Of a stretch of 64,000 nucleotides of DNA, positions 1-13,449 are shown one piece after another. This DNA comes from Felis catus (lineage: Eukaryota): contig NC_058368.1 of assembly GCF_018350175.1 (NCBI RefSeq), positions 191,210,001 to 191,274,000 of the forward strand, read 5' to 3'. A program made the translations under genes and the position numbers. The first letter of the stretch is position 1. Every line of letters begins with the position of its first letter. Under the pieces are notes generated by a model. The model was not told the DNA's origin. It saw only the letters and a program-made list of their open reading frames with translations, and did not search any database.

Positions 1-1250
1 ATAAATGTTTGTCAAGACACAGAACCTTTCTGTCATTCCAGAAATTTCCCTCATGTACCATTCTAAATTAGGTAGGTAATCATATCACACCAGAACTGAG
101 CACTGAACAATTTCTATCATTGGTGAGTTCTGATCATTCTACAACTTCACATAAATCCTAAAATAAGTATTTTTTGTTATTTAACTAATTTTAATCATGC
201 TATTTTTGAGATCCATTCATGTTATTATGTTTATCTGTAGAATGTTCCTTTTTATCGCTAAATAGCATTTCATTTTCCAAATATACCAGAGCTGATCCAT
301 TTTCCTGTTGGTGGACATCTGAGTCACTTTCAGCATGAAATTATTATTTAAAAACGCTGCTATTAACAGGTGTCAACAAAGGTGTTCAAGCCTTTTGAAT
401 AAATATCTAGGACTAGAATATCTGGCCCTCCGGGAAGAGAGTTGTGTAACTTTCTAAGAAACTGCCAGATAATTCTTCCAAGTGGTTGGAACATTTTACA
501 TATGAGAGCTCCAGTGGCTCATACATGAGGGAAATTTCTGCAGTGACAGAAGGTTCTGTGTCTTGAAAAACATTTGTCAAGACTGATTAAGTTTTGGTGT
601 TGGCACGCCTTGAATCTTAGCCATTCTGACAGGTATGTAGTGGGATCTTACATTTTTAATTTGCATCAACCTGATGACACGTTATGTCAGATGCCATCGC
701 TTCTGTTCATTGGCCATTCTATATCTTTTCTGTATGCTTTTTATGTACATGTTAGATATATGTGTTACAAATACGCTCTCCCAGTCTTGTGGGGCATCTC
801 TTTATTTTCTTAGTTTTTTTCAGTGAATAGATGTTTTTAGTTTTCATGAAGTTCAGTGTATTTTTTCCTTCTTATGGCTGTGCTTTTGTGTCCTCTAAAA
901 AAGAAAACCTGTCTTCTGAAGTTAGAAAGGTATTTTCATTTTTCTTCTACTATCTTTGTTGTTTTAGCTTTCATTGTTCAGTGTGCAATTTGACTCAAGT
1001 TGCTTTCTATGTACAGGACTAGGTGGGGGTTTAGATTCTTTATTTTTTCAAGTAAATATCCAGGTATTCCAGCACTATTTCTTAAAGCAGTTTTCTTATC
1101 CCCCTGAACTCATGTGGCGCTCTTGTTGAAGGCCAGCTGATTGCACATGTGTGGGTCTAATGTAGAATTCTGGTCCACTGATCCATTTATTTACAAGCAG
1201 CCAATCTAACATTACTTTTTATTATTATCTATTTTTTAACTTTTCCTTAT
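1..1250 (-). mobile_element. Ancient L1 (L1MB/L1ME-type) 3' region, degenerate
   Basis: Typical antisense L1 3' motifs, e.g. ttttgagatccattcatgtt, ggtggacatctg, agaaactgccaga, ttagccattctgacagg, ttccagcactattt; no intact ORF. Confidence 0.75.
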
Positions 1251-1475
1251 GTCAGATGCAATAATTAAAGCCCAGTACACTTTGCTTTTGGCATTTGAGA
1301 AAGGTTTTAGTCTCTCTTTCAATGACATATGGATGTATTTATAAATACATGTGTGTGAGTGTTTACATACACATATACACATACACTTAGGTGTACCAAT
1401 TTTCTGAGAGTGTCCCAGTTTTTAGACCCAAGATTTTCTAAACTCTTTTTTTCAGAGCTCAAGGAACAGGGTTAG

Positions 1476-1663
1476 CAGTGGTTTTCAAATTTTAGCAAGA
1501 CATATGAATTATCTTGAAGACTTGTTTAAACATAGATTCCTGGACCTCACTTTAAGATGTTCTGATTTAGTAAGTCTAGGGAAAGGCCTGAGAATTTGCA
1601 CGGCTCACAAGCTTAGGTGACGCGGATGCTGCTGGTGTCTGGGCTGCACTTTGAACAGCACTG
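1476..1663 (+). mobile_element. MER5A hAT-Charlie non-autonomous DNA transposon, full length
   Basis: Starts cagtggttttcaaa, ends ttgaacagcactg (terminal inverted repeats); internal tctgatttagtaagtctagg...gagaatttgca resembles MER5A; about 190 bp. Confidence 0.85.
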
Positions 1664-1912
1664 GTTTCAAAAAAAAATTAAATGGCTTTCCTAATGTTCA
1701 TACAGAAGCTTGATTTGCCTTTTCTAAAGTGTGTGACCACAGCCACTAATTTATACTGTCTTCACTTGAAAAGACATCTGAAAAATCTGCCGAACGCACT
1801 GGAGCATGGGAGCCAGGAAACATTATGGTAGATTGATGTACCAACACTGCCTCATTTCCTCCTTCCTTCCTGGAAATTCAATTTTGGTCTGTGAGCAGGG
1901 GCACGCACATAC

Positions 1913-2122
1913 CTGCGCACGCTACAGCTGAATCTAGCCCCGTCACATCCCCGCACCGCAAAGCACATTCTTCTCCCTGTGGCCTCCGCCAACAATCAGA
2001 GAAAGTTTTATTTTCCCCTGAAGAGTTGATTGGTCTCTAAACCAGGAACATCTTTATGGCCAAGTCCTTTAAAACTTTCTCTGAATTTATGTTTTAAGTG
2101 GTTAGCGTCTAGGTGAATATTC
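1913..2122 (-). other. Candidate non-coding (UTR/lncRNA) exon, 210 nt
   Basis: Minus-strand acceptor cctctgttctgtcag|GAA and donor GCGCAG|gtatgt in non-repeat sequence; stops in all frames from the acceptor; locally CpG-rich. Confidence 0.3.
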
Positions 2123-3358
2123 CTGACAGAACAGAGGCAGGTTCTGAATTAAAGATCAACACACTCAAAGAACTCAGTCATCAAAATCCCAACCCAAACC
2201 CCCACGCTTCTCTAGATTTTTATGACTAGCATAGAACAGCTTTTTGAGCTTTTCTTTCCAACAGATAAAGCACATGCGAGCAGAGGGCCATACCACAATG
2301 ATGCATCTCTTAGGCAGAATGTTGGGATTTGTGCAAGAACCCAAAGAAGGGATGCTACTTCTTTTTCTGATTGTTCAATTACCTAGTTAGCCTTTGGAAC
2401 CATGTTAATGGGAAATTAATTCATAAATAATATTTAGATGTGAACTGCTTTGAAGGTGCCCTTTGTGAAGGAGATAAATTATTTTTCCTTCTTCGAAAAA
2501 AATAACAAATCCCCCGAATAAAGGGAAGAGAGGAGTTTCAAATGCCACCCTCCCACTGTCACCAGCCCCTCAGCACTCTTTTCAGAGGTGCTGTGAGCAG
2601 CGTGAGCATCAGAGCTTAATCATTTCTGCACGGGCCTTGGAGGATTTTATGAAAACTGGAGAGAAAGTAAATGTACTTCCTCCTTAAAAGAAGGTCTTTT
2701 CAGAATCAACGCAAAGTATCTACCACATTTCTTTCAGCAGTGAGAAAGTCGAAGATACAATGAAAGCAGGCCTAAGGCTGGAACGTGTTCGATTTTCATC
2801 AGCTCTAGAACTCTACCTTGCCCAGCTGTTGACCTATGGGAGTCTTCTGTGCCAGAGAAGGGAACCAACCAACACCTTAGCTACAACTGTTCTCCCCATT
2901 TCCAAAGCCTTTGGGGTATGAGGGTTTTGTCTTTGAAGGCAATTAAAATGACAGCAATGAGTTATCAATGGAATTGTCGGAGATGTTCTCCAGTTTCTCT
3001 TAGACATGTCATGTGGCCCCAGGCTGTTAAACCACATTTCCACAGGGCTTACCCAGCTGTGTGTGCTGTACTACTATTCTCTACAGTAGTAAGCATAGAG
3101 ATGTAAACTCCAATATGTCTGAGAGTGTCTGCCCATTGGCCCTTCCATGGTACAGAGTCTCAGAAAACCTTTTTACTTATAGTTCTTTTGTTTTCCCAGA
3201 ACATAAATCCCTATTCCAGATGGCTGTTATCACTTATACTTGTGATTTTCCCCCCGAGCTTACAGAACAATGCCTAACACAGTAAACGCGCCATTAATGG
3301 TAGTTTCTGTAGGTTTCTCTCTCTCCTCCCTCCATCTGTTCCTCTCTCACAACCCAGG

Positions 3359-3605
3359 GAGAGAGAGAATGAGAGAGAGAGAGAGAGAGAGAGACAGTTT
3401 ACACACCACTCCACAAATTATATATATATATGTATTATATATATATATATATGTATGTATATATATACATATGTATTATAGTATATATGTGTTATAATAT
3501 ATAATATATATACATATGTATTATATTAGAATATATGTATATAATACATATGTATATATAATACATATAATACATATGTATTACACATATGCCTGTATAT
3601 GTACA
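3359..3605. repeat. (GA)n followed by imperfect (TA)n microsatellite
   Basis: Directly visible. Confidence 0.95.
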
Positions 3606-4112
3606 CAGTGATTATCACTGCAACCAGAAAAAAAAATGGAATCTCCTTATTCAAACTTGCCTCAACATTGGTATGTATCCAAAATAAATATTAAGGCAGG
3701 TCCTCCCAAAGATCTTAAGAAATAATACAAAGCTTTGCCAAAAGTGTCCTGTGGACACTGAAAGTAGGAATTACCAGTGTATTCCACAGCACGCCTTCTT
3801 CATTCATCTCTGTACCTGAAGTCCTATCACATAGGCGCCTGGATCCATTTCACTTTTCTTTCTATCACAGACACCTGCACACACCTCTCCCCATGCCTGG
3901 TCTCACTCCCCTCTGGTCACTTCATTATTATGGAGACCACGTGGACTTTGGCTTCTCTCACTGTACCTTTATTCATCCCACCACATCCCAAAAGTTAGTA
4001 GCAAGAGAGAAGATCATTGCTCGAAAAGAGGAAAGGAGAAAGGAAAGAGAAATGGGGTATGAGGAGGAGAAAAGAATGAAAATGATTAAGTATCTTTAAT
4101 TTTTTTGCCTTA

Positions 4113-4306
4113 AATATATATTTATATATTTTGCCATAAATATATGTGTACGTGTGTATATATATATATGTATGTATATATATATGTATATATATATATA
4201 TATATATTCACGCACACACATATATACACATATATAAATCTATATACGTGTATGGGTGTGTGTGTGTGTGTGTGTATCCTTAAATGTATGTGTATATATA
4301 CATATA
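4113..4306. repeat. Compound (TA)n/(CA)n/(TG)n microsatellite
   Basis: Directly visible. Confidence 0.95.
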
Positions 4307-4330
4307 GATCTCAAGATCAAAGGTCCATAC

Positions 4331-4484
4331 CTTAGCAGTCCTAATCTTCTTGAATCTTGAACACAAATTTCAGGGCAACATTGGGGTTGAGATAGTCTCC
4401 TCAGGCCACCACCAACGGGATAGTGTTCTTAACCTCCACACGGGTTCCAGTACTGCCTTCTGAAGATGGAGGTTTCTTCCACGG
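4331..4484 (-). other. Probable non-coding (5'UTR or lncRNA) exon, 154 nt
   Basis: Long U-rich tract and acceptor ttttttttcttttgctgttgttgtttttgtag|CCG; donor CTAAG|gtatgg; non-repeat, GC-richer than flanks; stop codons in all three frames. Confidence 0.6.
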
Positions 4485-4923
4485 CTACAAAAACAACAAC
4501 AGCAAAAGAAAAAAAACAAACACAAAACATCATAAGAGAAAGAAGATATTCATAAATGAAACCTAAACCGGACCTTCAACAAGGATATTAAATTCTAAAC
4601 CATTTGACTTGAATAGACTAAACAGAAGACACATTAAATTCTGATTGGCATAAATACAAATAATACCTGAATGGATTCAGTCTTGATTAGACTTGAGTAA
4701 TCATACAAAAGCAGAAAAGGTCACACTGCATCAAGGCTGGCAGATTTTTTAGGACACAAATAACCAAATTTGCTCATTTCACTTCATAGGGAAACTAAAA
4801 AAGAGATTTTTTTCCCCAAGATAATTCATTACTGGTGGCATATTTGCACCAGTGAATCAAGCAAATCTTGAATAAAAACAAGCAAATGTGCTTCACACTG
4901 TGGTCTATGTTAAAATGAGACAA

Positions 4924-5160
4924 GGGGCGCCTGGGTGGCTCAGTCAGTTAAGCGTCCAACTTCAGCTCAGGTCATGATCTCACGGTCCGTGAGTTCGAGT
5001 CCCGCATCGGGCTCTGGGCTGATGGCTCAGAGCCTGGAGCCTACTTCCGATTCTGTGTCTCCCTCTCTCTCTGCCCCTTCCCCGTTCATGCTCTGTCTCT
5101 CTCTGTCTCAAAAATAAATAAACGTTAAAAAAAATTAAAAAAAATAAAATAAAACTAAAA
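4924..5160 (+). mobile_element. Can-SINE (SINEC_Fc type), full length
   Basis: ggggcgcctgggtggctcag head, (CT)n, A-rich tail; TSD taaaatgagacaa at 4911-4923 and 5161-5173. Confidence 0.97.
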
Positions 5161-5289
5161 TAAAATGAGACAAAGGGGACAATGCATCCCTTCTTCACTT
5201 TGAGACAGTTCCCTCCCCTGGCTTTTAAGATACCAAACTTGCCTGTCATCACTGGCCGCTCCATCATGGCTACCTCTGTGAGTCCCCTC

Positions 5290-6390
5290 TCTTACAATGT
5301 TCAAGATAAGAGCATCTTGGAACTCAGTCCTGAAACTATCTTCTCTGTGAACTCACTCAGCAGGGGCATCCCCGAGCTCCAAGGCTCAGGAAACTATTTA
5401 TACCCTGACAACTCTGAGATCATCTCCTGACCCAGGTACTTCGCTGAACTCCAGACTCTCAGATCGACGGACTATCCAACAACTCTGCTTGGAATTCTGA
5501 CAGACATGTCAGGACATGCCCAAAGTGAAGTCCTGATTCTATTACCCACACAACACCCTCTGAATAAAAAAAAGTGAGGATCACACTCTTCCTAATTTAT
5601 TCCTTCTCAAAGGCAATTTTATTCACCCTGCTGGTCAGGTGCAAACCCTGCCAGTCAACCTTGAGTCCTCTCTCTCATACATACCCCATGTTCTCTTCAA
5701 AATTCAGTGGTTTTATCATCAGGATAAATCCAAAAGCTGACCACTTTACCCTCTCCTTCGCTCACACTCTGGTTCCTGGCATCATTATAGATCTATAAGT
5801 TTGCACAGCAGGTATGCTCAAGCCATGGCTGTCACTCTCAACTAGACCCCTGAGTAAGACCATGACACTCCCCTGCTCAAAACCTTCCACCTCACTCAGA
5901 ACCAAAGTCAAAGTCATTATACCGGCCGAAAAGGCTCCACATGACACAGCTCTGTTACCACCGTCCTTATCTCCTACCCTCACCCTCACTGACTCCTCTC
6001 CAGCCATCTTGGCCTCCCAACTATTCCTCTAGCTGTACTGCAGACTTGGGCACTTTTCCTTTACCTGGAAGGCTCTTTCTCCCCTCATTACTTTATATCT
6101 TCCTTCCAGTGTGACCTTTTCACAATTGCTGGTAATAGTAAACCCTGACAACATCTCCTCATCCCCCCTTCACTGTTTACAAATTGGTAAAGACCTGCTC
6201 ATATACTACATGGTTTACTCAATTATCTACCTTTTCCCAGTAACACACAAGTTCCATGCAGACAAGACATTTTATCCCTGGTATCCTGCTGGATCTCCAG
6301 CACTTCACGTACAGCCTAGCACCAACATGGAGCTCAACATCTATTTTTGAATGAATGAATGAATGAATGAACGAATGAATGAACGAACAA
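5290..6390 (+). mobile_element. L2 LINE 3' portion
   Basis: L2-like tgaactccagact, cctgctcaaaaccttcc, ending in the typical (tgaa)n tail. Confidence 0.8.
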
Positions 6391-6394
6391 ACAG

Positions 6395-6480
6395 GAAGGT
6401 TACATAAACCTTCTCAAGGCCACTCAGATGATAAATGGATGAGCCAGGTTTAAACCAAAAGCATCTGTCTCCAGTATTCC
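6395..6480 (-). mobile_element. MIR fragment
   Basis: caaggccactcag...gagccaggtttaaacc...tctgtctccag resembles the reverse MIR core. Confidence 0.6.
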
Positions 6481-7050
6481 TGATACTATGTAATCACAGC
6501 ACATGAGGACCGATTAGTGTTGGCATTAGGAATAGGTTCAGTACAGCCCGGCAGGTGACACAGAAGATGTATTTTATATTTGAAGAGCCCAAAGGTTTTC
6601 TAGAAACTCAAGAGAATATATTTCACATAGTGGGATGGCTCTGCTTACACCCTTATGTAGCATTCTCACTATTAACCTTCACCTCATCTTTCTCAGTTTC
6701 CACTGCCTTTCCTCTACACTTATTTTTTGTCCCTCCCTCAAATTTCAGTCCCTGCCTTTCTTGAGTGAATATGAGGAAACCGGATCCAAGATTAGATAAA
6801 GGCAAGAGGAGAAATAGGTTTAGGGAAAAGGTGTGGGGCAGGGATCAAAGAACTATGGATCTGAGGCTAGTTGGGCCACCAACGCACCAAATGCCTTCAG
6901 TGGGATCCTTTCCCCTTCCTGAGATCCTGATGCTCGCTGAGCTAAAATACATGCCCTTCAAAGAGGTCCTCACTCCCCCAAAATTGATTGCTTTCCTTTG
7001 TAATTAGTAAAAGGCTTCGTCATTCTGAGTAGTCGAAGACTGGTTACGAA

Positions 7051-7285
7051 GCAGGGTGCAATATTTAAGAACTAGGGTTCAGGACAGTGCTAGCATTCAC
7101 ATCCTGTTTCCACCACTGTGGAACTCTGAACCAAGACACTCCACCTGTCTAAATATCATTTTTCTGTCAAAGCGAGTGGATAGAAATAGCTGTCTATACG
7201 GGGTTTATGGAAATCAAACAAGGTAACATAGGTGAATCACCTGTTACTGTGCAGGGCCTAAGGACTCAATATTTGTTGCTCTTAA
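7051..7285 (+). mobile_element. MIR, degenerate near full length
   Basis: Collinear with MIR head, core and ctcaatatttgttgct tail. Confidence 0.6.
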
Positions 7286-9762
7286 TTTTTATTTTGCATG
7301 ATTGCAGGCCACCATCCTGCATGAAATTTCAAGTTTTTCTCTACCTGCCTGCAGAGTCTTAATCTTCTCCATCTTTCGTCACACGCAACTGCTTTTGCGG
7401 CCCCTGATGACTTTCTCTGGAAAGGCTTTACCCCAACTGCCCCTATTTTCTAAGGGCAGATGGCAGAAATCTGCGACATGAGACACTCAAGTTCTCTGGT
7501 TCTTTTCTTATCCTCTTGCTGATGACCAGCAATCTAAGGATGATCTTGTCCCTAGAATTCTTTTAGGCTGATAATCATAAAGCCACAGTCTACAATTATT
7601 CCTGCATTCCAAAGCCAAGAAACCCAATTTGGAAGGCACACAATGCTATCATTTGGCACAATGATACATGGAGTTATGAAGAAAATTGTGCTGACTGCTT
7701 CGAGAATTTGAGTCTCTATCTGGATTCATCTTTCTTCCTTTTTTTTTCCTAACTGATATTAGGAAACTATGCGCAGGTAGTAACAACATAAAAATGTCAC
7801 TTACTTTTCAGGTTTAACTACACTACAACCCAATAATAAGTTAGGATGCTTCAGGGACAAGTTACGTATACTCCATACTGAGTCACTGAAGGACTTGCCC
7901 AGAAATGCATTTACGAACACGTTTTTTGAACACACAATATTGACCATGCACTTTGTTAAGGGCAGGGAAGATTAACGATTTCATTCCTATCCTCATGAAG
8001 CTTTTACTCCAGCAGTTTTTTGTTGTCTTTTCCCATTTCTTAACTTCTGCCCAGATATGGGAAGATTGGACAAACTCCTCCAAAGCTGTGGATTGTCTCA
8101 AGTAGTGACAGAGAGTGCCCCGCTATACAGAGCCTAATTTCTGCTGATTTTATAGAGAACTCTCTAATTCTTGGTTTTCTCAAGAATTGAGCTCATTTCC
8201 TTAGTTTGCTGCCCAGCCCCCATCCAACACACACACCTCTTCTCAGTTGATCCTGGTTTATTTCCCTCCTGCAGCAAAGAAACAAAAAAGTAGCCACCAA
8301 ATCCGCAAGTATATATTCCATTCATTAACAAAATGCTACATGGATGGTATGGTTAGAAGGTACCGGGCTCAGAGGACACAGCTGCAGAAATCAGCGTTTT
8401 TTGAAATCTTCAGGAATGTGATGGGATTAATGCTGTTATATGGCAAAATAAACTGAGAAAGGATATGCTAGGAATATTGCCAAAGGGAATAATGTCAACA
8501 AAGAACAACATGTGTCTTCAATCACCAACGTCTGCATGGTTAGAGTGCTAATCACAGAGGTGGGTGTAATCTCTGCCTGTTGGGCAGCCTTGAATGTTTC
8601 AGGGAATATGTCATTTTTCAAGAGGCATCAATTAGTGGCTGTTCTGATGGCAGAGTGTGAACCACACCTCTCTAATGATTGGACTGAGTTAATAATGATT
8701 CCTGTGAGTGTACAACACAACACAAATGCACCCAGACACACTCGCCAGAGAGGGCAGGACGAGGCAGAATAGGAGAGGGACATAAAGATACTAGGAACTA
8801 TGTATCTCGAATAAGATTTCTGAGTGGAAGCGGGCCAGGGGGAAGGGATGAACCGTGAATTTAAATCCAATGAACTAGGCTGGGTTTTACCAGGAACTGG
8901 AGAAGCACTGCCCTAGAGGACTTCCCTTTCAAGGAGAAGCACTGTGATTATACACAAACCATGTATGTGTCCAAGGCTGCACCTCACAGACATACACGTG
9001 GCATTTGTGTTTGCCAGCAATGCGTTACATGTTCATTACCTCCATCTGCATACGAAGACCTCATTAAAGTAATGTGCGTGGGATCCCGCAACTAGAAAGT
9101 GACAGGATTTAACTCAGAACCAACCCTGGAGCTTCGCGGTGTTCTCCAAATACACTGAAAATCACAAAGGATTCTTTCCTAGATTTTAGATCTGGTCCAG
9201 GGGAGTTTTGATGCTCAGAAATGCCACAGTCTTATCTTCAAGGAAAGAATTCAGTCAGTCTCCTAAGCACCTAAGTGGGAAGACTGGCCGGGCTTGGTTT
9301 CTGCCAGATAGAGTGAAAGCACCCAGATACAGGAGAGGGCAGGTTTCTTCCAAAGCCATAGAGGAGGTCACACCCCATGTTGGGACAGTTGCCTCCTGAA
9401 CAGCAGATGCCCTGCACCCAATCACCACTGGTAGTGGACTCAGTTTCTAAAATATTAATTACACTTCCTACCAGCTAACTTTATTGAAACAGCTTTGGGT
9501 CGGTAAAACATAAAATATTTTGGAGATCTGGGTGCTCATCTGTAACTGCAATCACTACCTTTGGGCTAAATCTGGAAGTCTTCTATTTATTCCTAATCTG
9601 GACACCAAACCATCAAATTACTAGGGAATAAATGAAGAATAGTTGTGTCACTGGATTTTAAGGATAATAGGATATATCTAGTGACTTTCAGATACCTGAT
9701 CTCTTGCCAACTCATTAACACCTCATTTTCTTACCTGGTGAGCCTTTTGCATTGAATGGTGA

Positions 9763-9961
9763 GGAGAGCCTGGGCGGCTCAATCGGTTGAGCGTCCAGCT
9801 CTTGATTTCGGCTCAGGTCATGATCTCACGGTTAGTGAGATTGTGCCCCAGTTGTCAGGCTCTGTGCTGGCAGCATGGAGCCTGCTTGGGATTCTCTGTC
9901 TCTGCCCCTGCTTACGTGCATGCTATGCTCACTCGCTCTCTCAAAATAAACATTTAAAAAA
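9763..9961 (+). mobile_element. Can-SINE, older subfamily
   Basis: SINE head and body; TSD attgaatggtga (9751-9762) / attgaatagtga (9962-9973). Confidence 0.93.
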
Positions 9962-10879
9962 ATTGAATAGTGAAATCAAAGGGACGCTAGAAGAAATGTC
10001 ACTGAACATTATAATGAAACTTGAAAGAATTTGCTAGCTTTTGGGCTCATTGTTCATCTGCATTTTTCTTTGGCTAGTTAACAAATGATTTATCTCCAAC
10101 TTCATCAAGAGGGTCAGACACTGACAGTCTGTAGGCAGAAACAGCGGTGGCCCACAAGATGTGCTTTTAAAATTTAACATTCATCGAAGGATAGATGCCC
10201 ACCCTCACCCCTTTCCATATGCACCTATCCACTATTTCTCCCAGTCTGACATTTGCTATTTTCGCTATCTACAAATACAGGTTCACCTTTGCTTTAGGAA
10301 ATGTATCACTGTCACCAGAGAAGCCGTCTTTGTTCCCAGCCTAATAGCAAGTATATATACGATTCCTTAAATACACCTGCTCTTTGCATGACTCATGTAT
10401 TCAAACTCTCCATCAACTTCCACACATCTATGGACCATTCGACCTTGTAGATCCCAACAAAATTCACAGTGGCAGCACAGTACCTCACATGGCCTCAAAT
10501 CCAGACAGTAGGCTTCCTAAGCCACCTCAAACCCAGCCAGTGGTGAGTTTATCACACCCCTCTTATATGTTAGCATGGAGACACAGCTTGAGTACATGCC
10601 TCAGCGAACCAGTAGTTAAGTTACCAGGGGCCATTTTAAGTGGCAGCTTTCCATCTACCTCTAGATACTAACACAGTAAAGAAAATATAAGAAAGCATCA
10701 CCTCATCCCTGGAACCCCAGTCTCTGATCTCCTGCTCTTGGTGACATATAGAAGTTAGATCCACAAGATTATGACACCATGAACACTCAAGGGTGCTCAG
10801 CAAAAACATGTCATTCTAAGAGGCTGTAAACATGGACACTGTCTTGCCTTGTTACCATAAACTGCAAAGGTCATACTGG

Positions 10880-11070
10880 CTGAAAGTATCAGATACCTGC
10901 ATGGGTTTGATTCCTGGCTCAGCTGCCCACTATCTGTATCTTTGGACATGCTTTTTACGTCTCAGTGCTTCATCTGCAAGACAGAAGTCACAATACATAT
11001 CTCAAAGCGTTCTTTTTGAGGAATAACTTTAATACAATGATGGTACGTTTGAATTAATATAATGTGCTTA
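10880..11070 (+). mobile_element. MIR fragment
   Basis: gggtttgattcctggctc...tctcagtgcttcatctgcaa core. Confidence 0.65.
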
Positions 11071-11859
11071 TGTTATAATTCATAGTGGTATGAATTTTCT
11101 TATTAAAAGGGCATAACAACACCTCAACTAGCTCTGACAAGGATTTTAGGAGGTGAAAAATATTACGTGCAACATTACGTTAGAACGTACTAGAACAAGA
11201 CATTGAGAACATCAAACCTATCTGCGTCATGTTTCTTTCTTTGAGGAACAGAGTAAGAATGTAACATGGAGACATTGCATAGGCATTATATCTGTATGTG
11301 GACATATATTAACCATTATGTCTGATCTCCTTCACTGATTGATCTCCAAAGCAAGTTATACCTTTTCCTTGCTAATTCTGTGGTGGCAAAGAGGGAAGGC
11401 CAGTCTAGGGAATGACTGAGGCATTGGATAAACCCAAATCACCTGAGAATGAGAGGGGCAGAATTATTGTCCAACCCCCAAGATGTTAATAAAAGCATAA
11501 CACATTATCATTGGTTTTGTTAAGTAATCAAAGTCTCAGAAATGATTAGCTATTGAGCTCATTTGTACCAGCACTGTTCTGAGCTTACATTTGCTCAAGA
11601 AATGCTCCAAAATGAAGCAGTGCTATTGGGATTCTCTTTTTGCATATGGAGAAGGAGAAGGCTCAGAGTATTCAAGCAAGTTGTGCCACAGTACAGAGTA
11701 TGGATTGGAACCCTGGAGAGTGAGTTTAGGCTCTGGGCTTCCAACCACCCCTAGAGTCTTTCCTGATGGGTCATGAACTCATGTTTGTCTATGATAAAAA
11801 CTGCCTATGTTTTGCTCCTTATATTGCTTACGTGAGTTTTTGAGGGGTAATCTTTTCAT

Positions 11860-13010
11860 TTTGTAGGATAAAAGAGTTAATATTCCCAATCTAAATACCT
11901 TATAAAGATAGAAAAGAAAAATACTAATAAGTGTCTAGAAAAATAGGCAAGGGATATCAACAGGGAGTTTACAAGAAAAAAACATGCAAATAGCCCATGA
12001 ACTCAGCAACACTCATAATAAGAAATCCAAATTACACATGAGAAAATTAGAACATAAATGATCCTAATACTGCAAAGAATGAAAATACCACAGATATATT
12101 TAAATCAGTGAGTTCATAATGATACTAAGAAGAAAAAAAAAATCTTACTGGTCACCTTTGGAAGACACGAGAGAACCACAACATTACTTTGAAAATAGTA
12201 AATAAATGGAAATCAACCTTCTGTCCTGCCTTTCCTTAGGACGCATAATCAAATACTGAAGAAAAGAAGTTACCATTTGTAGAAGTTTCTCACCAAAAAA
12301 TGAAACAAAATAAAAAAAAGTAGAATGTCTCCACTGTTTAACCCCTAATGAAATAATGCATCCAGGTAATAATCACCAATGGGTGCTAATATTACAAAAG
12401 AAAGATAACAGGTGCCTCCTTATGGAGGCACAATAGCTTCACCTAGGAAGCAGTCTAGCCAAAAACATGTGACCTGAATTAAACTTGCTAGCTTAAAGGA
12501 AATGCACATGACCAAGGAATTTGCTTACACAACAGAGGGATACAATGAGCAGCATCCAGGCTGTGGAACTGTCTGCAGGATCAAGAACAAGATCATCTTC
12601 AACAAATAAATCACAAGGAGAAGAGTGATGGGAACATATGGATTAAGAGAAACTTCAGAAAGACCGTCACTTTTGAGGGCTGAAAGGGATTTGGATCTTG
12701 AGAAACAAAGTGAAAGAAAAAAAATGTCAGCAGCCACTTCAAAAAAGACTAGGTATTTGCTAGTACAAAATAATATCCTTGGTATAAGAATGACATTGTT
12801 TTATTTATAAAAAGGATGTTACCATTTAGAGATGAACCAGCAATATTGAAGGAAGAAGGTTATGGGTAGGAATTTGCTCAAGTGAGGTCTGGGTGATGTA
12901 TGAAACAAGACTGCTAATGAATTTGCAAGTCTTACAGTTCATTTATGGTTACCTAGGATTTCATTACCCTGTTCCCTCTATTTTAAAATTTAAGTTTCCA
13001 TAATAAAATA
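11860..13010 (+). mobile_element. Ancient L1 (L1MC-like) ORF2 end and 3'UTR remnants
   Basis: A-rich; aaataggcaagggatatcaacagg, cttactggtcacctttgga, ends tttccataataaaa. Confidence 0.65.
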
Positions 13011-13051
13011 AGGGGAACTATTTGCCAGATAAAACCATATAGAGCAACTTT

Positions 13052-13287
13052 AAAAAAAAAATTTAAGTTTATTTATTTAAGAGAGAGAGAGAGAGAGCAC
13101 AAGCAGGGGAGGAGCAGAGAAAGAGGAGCAGAGAGAGGGGAGGAGCAGAGAGAGACAGAATCCCAACCAAGCTCTGCACCATCAGTGCAGAGGCCGATGC
13201 GGGGCTTGAAACCACGAACTGCAAGATCATGACTTGGGCCAAGATCAAGAGTCGGATGCTTAACCGACTGCGCCACCCAGGTTCCCC
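13052..13287 (-). mobile_element. Can-SINE
   Basis: Reverse SINE; TSD atagagcaacttt at 13039-13051 and 13291-13303. Confidence 0.95.
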
Positions 13288-13449
13288 AACATAGAGCAAC
13301 TTTTTAAACAAAGGAATGTGATAAAAATGGTACTAGTTGTCTCTAGGTGGTGAAATTATGTAGGCTTTTGACCTCTTTAATTCTCATTATTTTTTTCCTC
13401 TTAATGAGTGTGTGACACACTTACAAACAGAAATGGGAAATTCATTTTA

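Noticed and set aside
4935..5117. Recurrent ORFs like MAQSVKRPTSAQVMISR... (also near 13.4, 27.7, 30.5, 42.0 and 44.9 kb)
   Set aside because: Translations of Can-SINE bodies, not a gene family
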